64,000 bases of DNA from assembly GCA_951804945.1 (NCBI GenBank), contig OX638149.1, positions 74,834,001-74,898,000 of the forward strand, given 5' to 3'. This DNA is from Podarcis cretensis (taxonomy: Eukaryota). The notes under the pieces are model-generated. The model was not told where the DNA came from. It saw only the letters and a program-made list of their open reading frames with translations, and searched no databases. Positions 54,596 through 64,000 of the stretch are shown here, one piece after another (position 1 is the stretch's first letter; the number at the start of each line of letters is the position of its first letter). A program made the position numbers and the translations under genes.

Positions 54596-57500
54596 CTGTA
54601 CAATAAGATTCAGTCACAGAATCAACCCCTTCTACTTCTGAGGAGATTTGTAGGTCATGACAATCTGTTTGGCAAAGGTATTTGAGGCTAAAAAAACTAG
54701 AATATGTTAAAACAGATTAATTTTCAGACATAACATTCCAAAAGGTGTACCCATGAACTTCTAAGTTGCTTAATAATCTATTGTACTTTCCCAACTTAAG
54801 GAGGTTCTGCCCATCTTCTCACAGAGTGCAACTGTGAACTTGAACCAGCAAATATTTTAAAAGCAACCATAGAGCTTTCAAGTGTTAGCTAACTAACACA
54901 TTAGCTAACTATCACAATGAAAAAACATCGTCCTTGAACACAGGTTTAGCTCTCAGCCACTCAAACTTTACTTTAGATACACCCCCAAATTCAAAATGTT
55001 TTAATGAAAACACAGAATGCTTCTGTCAGATTACTAGCTCTGGTTATTGCTTGAGGAGCACTGAGTTGAGCTACAAACAATGAAACACTAGTTTATTTTT
55101 TATACAAATATTTCTTTTGCTTTTGCATCAACCATCATATAAAATATCTACAGTCATTTTTTTATCACCAAGTTCACATGAAACCCCAAATGTTTGCCAT
55201 GCACAAGATGGTCTTTCCTTATTAAAACCTTTCCTTCCAAACACTCACATCCAGAAATTCACATTGCACATTCAAATCTACAAGTTTTTCACTTGTCTCC
55301 TCACAGACAACACTGTCTGAAGAGTTTCCTTACATTGAGGACTTGAAATTTTATAAAAATGAATGCCCTGTCTTAATCACTACCGTTACTAATCTACAAA
55401 TATATTTTAAGAAAGTATTCAATAAACTGTAGGTTCCAAACATCACAATTATATCAAACCTAGCAAGAATTAGCAACAGCACTCTAGTATAAAAATTGTA
55501 TTTTACCTTAACACACCAACTCAAAGAGCCCCACAGGTTTCATATGCAGCTTGAATTTGCCGCCATCCATGTGTTCTCTTAACATTAAAACTCTTCTTCT
55601 TACAGTCTCTTTCACAATTATCAGTCCATTCTTTTTGCTTTTGAGGTGTTCCCACTGCCCCAAATAGCACTTAGTATGTAGAAAGTATGGTATGGGTCCA
55701 TCCCAGCAGTTTCCTGAACAGCCCACCTGCAGCAATTTTGTCCACTCAGCAAAAGTAAGCAAAGTACGGAAAACGTCTGTTCATGCTGTCCTTTCTGAAT
55801 CCGCTCTGTCTTGCTGCTGCTTCATTCACACTGGGGGATCTTCATGCCAAAACAACTTTATGGAATCACAGTCTCTGATTGGAATTTCCGACTCCAGACT
55901 CGGGATTTCACTTTATGAGGATACATTGTTAATTCATTTTCAGTATTTCATTCTTCCTGCTTTCATTTTCTTTTCGTTAAATGGATATAAGCTTCTTATC
56001 TTCAGAAAAAAATTAATGACGGATGAGTATCACAATTTCATTTCTTCAATGCTTTTAAAGTCCAATTACCAATTTCAGTGAACACCAGATTATTTTTATT
56101 TGCTCTCATTTCCATTCTTGTCTTGGGTTCATGTCCAACAAAGTTCAAAGTCTGACGCTAATGTCCGTTATGTTGATCATTGCTCCCTAAAGTCTTTCTG
56201 CTCTTCTCTTGAGTATGGATAGGCGTGGTATCATATGTAAGGAACACTGAAAACTGGTGTCAGATGAATAAACCCTTCTGCATAACAAATGTTGAGCAAT
56301 TTAAACCAAAAATTATTTGAACACAAAACATTATTACAGCTCAGAGTTCTGCACATTGCTGATTCTAAACATTTGCGTACCATCTGAGTTCCCCCCCATG
56401 AAGCTTTTATCCCCAAAACAAAACAAAAACACCTCTCCAAACATTGGCATTATTAATTTTATATTATATTAAAAGTATAATAATAATAATACAGATTTTA
56501 ATAAGACATTCTTATGGGATAAGGGGCCCCAAAACATCCTGGAAAATCTCCACATACCAACACCTCCAAAAATGCTTCTCACCTTTACATAATTACTGGT
56601 ATTTAACTTTTAACAGTTTCAACTTGAATTATATGCATATTTCTGAAGAATGAACAGGCATACAGAGTTATGCTGATACATGCTGCTAGATGCATACAAT
56701 TTGTAAGGCGAGTTCAAATAAAGACATCAAAACTCATGTTAACAAATTCCCGCAGGTTCCAAAATTACAGCTTTTAACTAGACAAACATAGGAGTGTAAC
56801 TTAAGTGACCTAAGCAAATATGTTTATGTACATCAAAAGATGTAACCCTCTAATCCCTCTCAACTGATTTAAGAATTCATCAAAGTTTGCCTTTAAAAGA
56901 TTAAGACCAGACTAGCTATGTGGCAGGACAAATGAAAACAAGTATTCTGGCAGACTTAAGGTAGGTTTGCAGTGATGTCAGCATGTGATTGTCTGCACTG
57001 CCAAATTCCAAGGAAGCCTGGTAGATTGGGCAGATGAAAATGTGTAGAGCCCATTTCCATAACATAGTGATAATAAAAGCTTTTGACAGGTGATTTGTAT
57101 TATTTGGGAGCTATACAGCACCAAATGCCTGAAGACTACTTTTCATATTTTGCCCCCTTATCCATCAAGTAAAAACACTTACACTTGCTCCTAATAATAA
57201 CAGCAAGGGCTACTTTTGGTTGAATTTGAAGTACCATGTCAAATCACTAAAGAGGTTTTCTTAAGTGTCTTTCCCATTCACCCTGTGTTGCATATTCCTG
57301 TACCTGAAGACAGCTGCACGCAAGGGTTTACTGCAGAAATTGGTCCTAAATTGCAACATGTTGCATCGTTTTCTTCTGAATGATCTAGATAACAGTTTCA
57401 ACAAAATAAATGAAGGTTCTGTTCTGAAACTATCCATTTCTGTGTTTTCCGTACCAAGTTTTATCTTCTTCTACTACTGTCTAGACTTGTCCTGTTTAAA

Positions 57501-60500
57501 ACGAATTATTCAGAGTAAGAAAATCATGAAGGCAGTTTCAAAAAGTAACTTAACCTTATTTTGCTAATCCCCTGCTTCAGAAACTGTATTAAAATTGGAC
57601 AACAGCAAAAAAAAGAGAAAACCTCAAAAAAGAAAAACCTGAACAAAACAAACAAATCACTTGGCTCAACTGAGTAAGTTATTCAGAAGTAGACCCATTT
57701 AGATCAATGGACTTAAGCCCACTTATTTCAGTGGGTCTACTCAATGCTAATTTAGGATTATCAGCCTATATGGTCATCCAGAAAATGATCTTGAAAAAGC
57801 CAGCAAAACAAAATCCTATTCAAGTGCTAGACCCATATTTCCACCTCTCTCTGCCCCAGGTTTCTTTCCACCATAAGCATATATCATATAAACATATCTT
57901 AGAACCAGTTACGACTTTTTGGTCAAAGCTGTTTATTTATGAAGCTTTTGTCTAGAGCTTAAATAAAGTCAGAGAAATAAGTCTGCATGTACAAATATAT
58001 GGTTTTAGATGTACAGAGAATAAGACAGGCTACCACCATATACCAATTCATACCAGGAGCACTTGATTTGAAGAGCACCTTCAAGAACATGAACCCTTAA
58101 CATTTTCAATCACTTCCATAATTAGCCACCCTTAGAGAAGAGTTACTGGCATGCAGCCATACGTCCAAGGGAAAACTCAGACATTTAACCTTTGCTATAC
58201 AGAGTCTAGTTTCAGAGCTGACCTTATGGTACTGACCTTACAGTACTGCAGACTAGCAGTTGACTCAGACAGAAAAGAAACAGCCAAATATCAACTTGGC
58301 AATGGAAGAAACTGATGTTTATTTTAATTTAATAATGATGACTATATATCACCACCACCAGGACAATGTGAACTGTAGCATAAACAAAGTAATAATGGTG
58401 TATTCCTCAATTATTAACTAGAAAAGAATTTTAATTATCTTTTCAGTTGACTTTTCAGGAGGGGTATGATGTCAAACAAAATATTAACACTGAAAGATGG
58501 AAGTGCAAGATTAAACAGACTAAATTGCTTTAGCTGTATCAGAACTGTCAGAGTAGACAGTCCATTTAAAAGGATTAATACATTGTGGAAGTCCATCAGC
58601 TGGGGGCCCTATAACCAGTTTGAATGACTTCCAGAAAATACTGCCTTACTAGGCCTCTGTTTAGTTGAACTTCAGGTAAGGCATTTCTTCAGATAAGGTA
58701 GTAACCTCCACCCCCACCCCACAAATTAAGTACCTTAAGATTAACACCGCCATAAACCCTTAACATGCAGCTTATATTCTTGAGCAAAAAATGCATTCTC
58801 ATGCTGATAATGGTCACCAATTACTGGTAGCAACAGCACTTGAAAGTTTTGCTTTAATAAAATTATGAGTAGTAGTAGCTTACTTAAACACACTATTTTT
58901 ATACAACCTAAATATAGCTGAGGAAAGTATCACCATTTCTGGTGATGTTTGACTGAATCAAGAAGTGTTTCAACAAGTACAATTAGCAACCCAAAGAACA
59001 TCTTTCCTCAATCATCTTTATAAAAATAATTCACATCATTCAGTACTAAGTGTTCACTAACAAAGAATGTAAGGACTAAGAAATAAATACTAGTATTTTA
59101 TTGTTAGAACACAAATCTCCAAGTTATACAAATTAGATGGATCAAACAGCATTGCCCAACATCAAAAAGGTAGAAAAGATAGGCCCAGATCCATACTGGA
59201 ACTTAACGTCCCTACTACAAGCAAGTATTCAAAATGAAGGCTATAGTCAGTTGTAAGCACCAGTAAGCGCCTGCCATGTCCTTAAGGGAATGAGCTGGAC
59301 CGCACTACAAACATGTAGAATTCTGCTCCTGTCCCTCCCAAAGGCTATATAGTTCTCCCCCAATCTAGTGGGAAATTTCCAGAGTGGTATGCAAAGAGAG
59401 GTTATGTAAAAAAATATAAATGTAATCCAAGCATTCATCTTAAACTGCAGTAAAGTTCAATTCTAGTCTGCTACATTCTATTCCTGTTGCCCTTGCATTC
59501 CAGAATCACATTTGTGCTACATTTTAGCTTCCAATATCAACCTACAAGACTGCTATCATATTTGGAAGTACTGACCATTTAAAACCACAATACCAACAAA
59601 TCCAGAATTTGTCTGGATATTGACCTGATTTCAGAGAAGCTGTGAAGGTGAAGGAAGCCACTGAAGTTAAGCTCTCTCTTGTTTGTGAAAGGCACATTAC
59701 ATCATAAAAGCAATTTACATAATATGTGCTACCGAAACACTGAAGGATATTGTCTCATGTGGCTTCAATCACAACCAACTCTCCTTAAGAATAATCAAGT
59801 TCACGGCAGGGTTCTTTTAAAATAAAAAAAGCATATGCTGCCCTGTAATTTGTTTCCTAGTAAATACTAACGGTGATTGCGAAAAATGGTCGTTCTATTA
59901 GATTATATTTTAAAAGCAAATTCTGATGCAAATGATCTGCCTTTTTTCCAGGAAAGGTGACACAGTAATGCCAAAGCAAAACATGGCAAAACTGTCATAC
60001 AGTCACTTTCAGACAGTTCAACAAGCTTCAAGGTAACCAGAATATGTACCTTCACACAGTTTTAACAAGTGCCATAATAGCTTTGAGCAGTCATGATCTT
60101 TTGCAATGAATGTCTTGCAGAGTAACATTTAAAACTTTCAGCGTCTAAAACTTATATAGGATTTTGGATGTGACATTCCTGGTTGAATAAGCCATGAAGG
60201 AGCATCTGGTGCAAGTATCTGGTGTTTATGCTGGTTTTAGTACTTTGAGCCCAGGCTCTTTAACTCAGTTTCCCATTATGTCTGAAATTGGGAGCACTGG
60301 TTTAATGTTGATTTACTAACCAGCATCTGAAATCTGATTTGCAAACTTGTATTAAACCTCAATTCCCCATTTCAGAGGAAAGTGACTTAAAAGCAGCTTG
60401 GGCTGAACCTGGCACACATGGGGAGGCAGGAATAAGCTTGATGCTTATTCTTGCTTAATGAACTATGGTTTATTAAGAATTTTACCTCTGAGCCTGCCAT

Positions 60501-61072
60501 ATGTTAATAAACACTCATGAAGCATAAGTGATTAACATATAACTAGAGTAATATGTGAGTCCATGTATAATGAACCACTAATGCTTCAGTTTGTTTTCCT
60601 GCTCTAGTCAGACTCACCTTTTCCAAAGTTACATATTTTTTATGATGTTTTTTCTGATCTACCCACATAAAATAGCTTTGTAAGCTATTACTGCACCCAT
60701 ATTTTAGGTAGCTATCACCTCGTGCTATTCACTGAGCATTTTTCGGATGGGAATATCAATCAGGGAAACTAAACTGCTCGGCAGTGTCTCTAAGCACACT
60801 GAAGAAGCAAACTGAATTCAGTGGGGTGGGGAAGTAAACAGAATTTTAAAAAACAGTTAAATATATCGGCAAATGTCTTACTGCAGTGGTTGCAGAACAA
60901 TGCCACTAGCAATTACATTACTAAATTAATACCCACCACCATATTAACAGTGCAATTCCACTGCCTGAAAATTTAAATTACCACCGTTCACAACCTTCTA
61001 ATAATCTCTGTCTGTAGAGACCTTCCCTACTTGCTTAAACTGAAATGTATTATTCCTTCTCCAAAGAAACAG

Positions 61073-61650
61073 TTAGATCAAAGTCTCTAAAACACTTAAT
61101 AAATCCAGGTTGAAGACATCTGTGCCACTTTCAGACAAGAGAACACCATCTAGATGGAACAATCCTGGAGATTCTGGGACAAGTGAATCGTGTTTGATTA
61201 TAATCCCTCCAATACGTTCCATAAAACTGCCGATTTCCCGATTTACTCTCTTCCTGCTTTTCTCCATAAATTCATGGGACATATCTTGGCTCCATGCTTT
61301 GCGGGGTACAATATTAGACCAGACAAGGATGCTGTTCTTGAATGTTATCTTAATATGTATTATATCTTTCTTCATTTGTCTTATGATATCATAATCTGCG
61401 TATGTCCCAAGGTCATTTCCTCCTAGATGGACCACCAATATATCAGGATCTGTTAGACGCCGCCGTGTGCGCAATAGGCTGGGTATCAACTGATCCCACG
61501 TCATGCCACTCTTTCCTAGCCAATGTAGTTTGGCATCCTCCAGTCGAATGCCCAACTGTGGGCCAAAGCTTCTTTCAAGTGCTCTTTTTTCTGCCCAGAA
61601 AACGTAAGAATGACCACATATCCATACCTGTTTCTGCTTTCTTCTGCCAT
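61073..61650 (-). CDS. Intronic SGNH/GDSL hydrolase-like exon (Ngaro/DIRS-type hydrolase-like), putative alternative terminal exon of TSG101
   Basis: Uninterrupted 192-codon frame with SGNH blocks VWICGHSY (I), GKSGM (II), VHLGGNDL (III), DGVLLS (V, His replaced). Preceded by tgtttgttctcttaatagcag acceptor in phase 1, matching TSG101 exon 7. Confidence 0.8.
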
Positions 61651-63719
61651 CTGCTATTAAGAGAACAAACATACATTAATGCTTCATAAATTTTGTGGCC
61701 CAAGCACCTCCTGAAAACTTTATTCAGTGTTGTCTGAATTATTCCATGTAAAAATCAAAACATGAGACACCTCTATCTTAAAATACATGGCATAATAATC
61801 CATAAAGTCAACTCTTTATTTGAAGATTGGTGTGTAAAGTTTACAGGTAAAAATGCCTGTATGCAAGTTATAAGATCAATGGAAAGGAATGCATGCTCAT
61901 GTACCCTTTTGATCAATCTTACAAGAGCAAGTGAAAATATCTTTTCTAAATAAAGTTGCTAACAAACCATTTAGATCTTGATAAAGTATATAGGTTTGAT
62001 AGATGTGCTCTACTCAGAATGAAGTTCTTCCAGATTTTTCCCCAAAATTAACAAAAGGTCAGGAGCAGAAGTCCATACCTTTCAAGCAGACCAAGAGAAA
62101 GCTTCGACTGTTAAGAAAGCCCAGGGAGCAGAGTTATACTTCTCTATTAAATCTTATGTAGAAATTTATGTAACCATTTCCACGCTTTGCCTGACAGGAT
62201 TAATTTTTGTTGCCACATCACACCTCCATTTCTAAAAATTCATTTTCTGAACAAAACGCTAGAAAGCTTGCACTAGGGATAGATTTTCTATTACTGCCCT
62301 GAAAGAATAGTAATTTGATCTCTTCTAAACAATGTAGACCTCCAGTATTAAACTACAGAAAATTATCAGTTTTACATTTTCCCTGCAATTTTCAACTTGT
62401 TTTTGTTTATGAAGTCTTTTCCTGACATGCAATCCAGTCAATTTTATAATTGTAAAAATGGTTTTATTGTTTTTAGAGTTTGCATCTTTTGTATTTGATC
62501 TTATTGTACATAGCTTCAATAGCATATGGCTCTGAAGCAGTCCATAGACCTGTAAAATAACAATAACGATAATAGTAATAGCTCAACAAAAGTGATGATA
62601 ATTTTTGGAGTTCAAATATATTATATGTGACATTGGACAAGAAAATAGTGGATGATGATGTGGCCAGGGATCTTGCAGTCTTTGTGCTAAATAATAATGT
62701 GCTTTCTAAATTATACTCTTTTGAGGGTTTCAAGTTTTTGCTTATCACTAGAGGCAACAATACGTTCAGATTCTTAGGACTTCTCTCCTGAGCAGGTCTG
62801 GTAGTTCTGGGCTAAGCAGTAAAACAGGTGAGCAAGCTTTTCAGCACCCAAGAATTACACTGAATGTGAAACAGAAGAAAGCTGTTGATTGGCACCTTTA
62901 GCTTACAGATCAACAAACTTCACAAGATGAAGATCTGGTGATGGTAGCTGGGCTACTTCATGAACGGCACTTCTACACTTGCATCACACACAAAAAGAGT
63001 GGGGGAAAATTGCAGTTTGGGAGTGTACTGGAAAACACGATGGAGTCAAGGATAGCTTGGTTCGCTTCCAGTTAAGGACGGAACTCAACTGTATTTTCAG
63101 TGCTGACTCGACAACAATCAAGGCTTCTTCACATCATCCTTAGGTACTGTTCTCCATCCTTGGCTGACATAGCAAAAGGCTTGTAAATAGGCTGTAGTAC
63201 TGCATCTTGGCTGCAGTTACTCCACACTGGCTACAGCCTCTTCATTCTTGTGCCCAAATGATGCTGCTGTTCAAGTTCCTGGTACATTCAGTGGTGTGAT
63301 CAAATGAAACCCACCCCTTTCTCATCATTGAAAAGTTCATGACTACAAGATCATTCCCCCAGTTAATAAGAACATAATAAATATGTAGGCTTAAAAAAAA
63401 AAAGAGGCTTCGGGCTTTAATTTATCTTGGACCTGCAAACATAATATTTTCAAACACAAGTGAACTTCATTACATAAAACAGTTCAATAAAAAAGAAGTT
63501 TGTTGAACAGTGAAAAGAGTTAATGATTGTTCCATCAATCAAACAATGGAGAAAAAAATGAACATCTAGCATGGTTAAAGTGTAATGTAACTGATGTTTT
63601 TGCCACGAGGCACTTAATGCCCATCTCAGAAATAGGTGTATTTGGATTTGCTTTATGCTGTATATTTAGAATGAGCAATCTCATTACATTCGGAAAAAGA
63701 CACTTTCAAAGCTACTCAC

Positions 63720-63817
63720 CCACAGTAGTTACAGGAGGCTGAGAAGGGTAGTGTTGTGTGCTAGTTGTTGGTGGAAATGATCCGCTAGGGGGAGGGTAAG
63801 GATAGCTTGGGTAACCA
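63720..63817 (-). CDS. TSG101: TSG101 exon 7 (proline-rich region; ends in phase 1)
   Basis: tttcaag|TGGTTAC...ACTGTGG|gtgagt; GYPSYPYPPPSGSFPPTTSTQHYPSQPPVTTV. Confidence 0.94.
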
Positions 63818-64000
63818 CTTGAAAGGGGAGGGGGAGAAAGACACAGTGTTATGCATTCTTTAGTTAATATTTCCATTCATAAGCAATTTTTTTTTTACAT
63901 TTAAACAATTTATAATAGACAAACAGAATTTCAAAAAGAGCCACTGATGCAGATATAAACGGTCAGAGTAATATTCAAGACCATGAGAAATTTGTTGTCA

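Larger units (their letters stand above)
52043..63817 (-). other. TSG101: TSG101 (ESCRT-I) gene, 3' part (exons 7-10); continues off the right edge
   Basis: Four exons splice in frame to GYPSYPYPPPSGSFPPTTSTQHYPSQPPVTTVGPSRDGTISEDTIRASLISAVSDKLRWR...PTAPLYKQILNLYAEENAIEDTIFYLGEALRRGVIDLDIFLKHVRLLSRKQFQLRALMQKARKTAGLSDLY*. Confidence 0.98.

Noticed and set aside
61651-61672. ORF-track start MFVLLIA for the 199-aa SGNH ORF as a standalone single-exon gene
   Set aside because: This ATG sits in the polypyrimidine tract of the acceptor and no promoter is evident, so the first seven codons are more simply intron
63120-63230. Minus-strand peptide AYLQAFCYVSQGW faintly resembling the N-terminus of a DIRS/Ngaro tyrosine recombinase
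   Set aside because: Flanked by stops, with no RxxE or HSxRxG motifs downstream; similarity too weak without a profile search

Overview
Eukaryotic (squamate, probably lacertid lizard, judged from Sauria and Squam3-type SINEs) genomic window carrying the conserved vertebrate block HPS5(-) / GTF2H1(+) / LDHA(+) / TSG101(-). It contains the first three coding exons of HPS5, a bidirectional CpG-island promoter with clustered CLEAR/E-box sites, complete GTF2H1 (14 coding exons, 548 aa), complete LDHA (7 coding exons, 332 aa) with a conserved HRE-pair/CRE promoter, and the last four exons of TSG101. Introns hold many SINEs, MITEs and LINE fragments. The standout feature is an intact 192-codon SGNH-hydrolase-like exon (61073-61650, minus strand) inside TSG101 intron 7. 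It resembles the hydrolase of Ngaro/DIRS-type retrotransposons, has no visible element around it, and has a splice acceptor in phase with TSG101 exon 7. This predicts an alternative isoform in which the UEV and proline-rich regions are fused to an SGNH domain lacking the catalytic His, in place of the coiled coil and steadiness box. Exon numbering follows the human orthologues from memory. No database searches were run.
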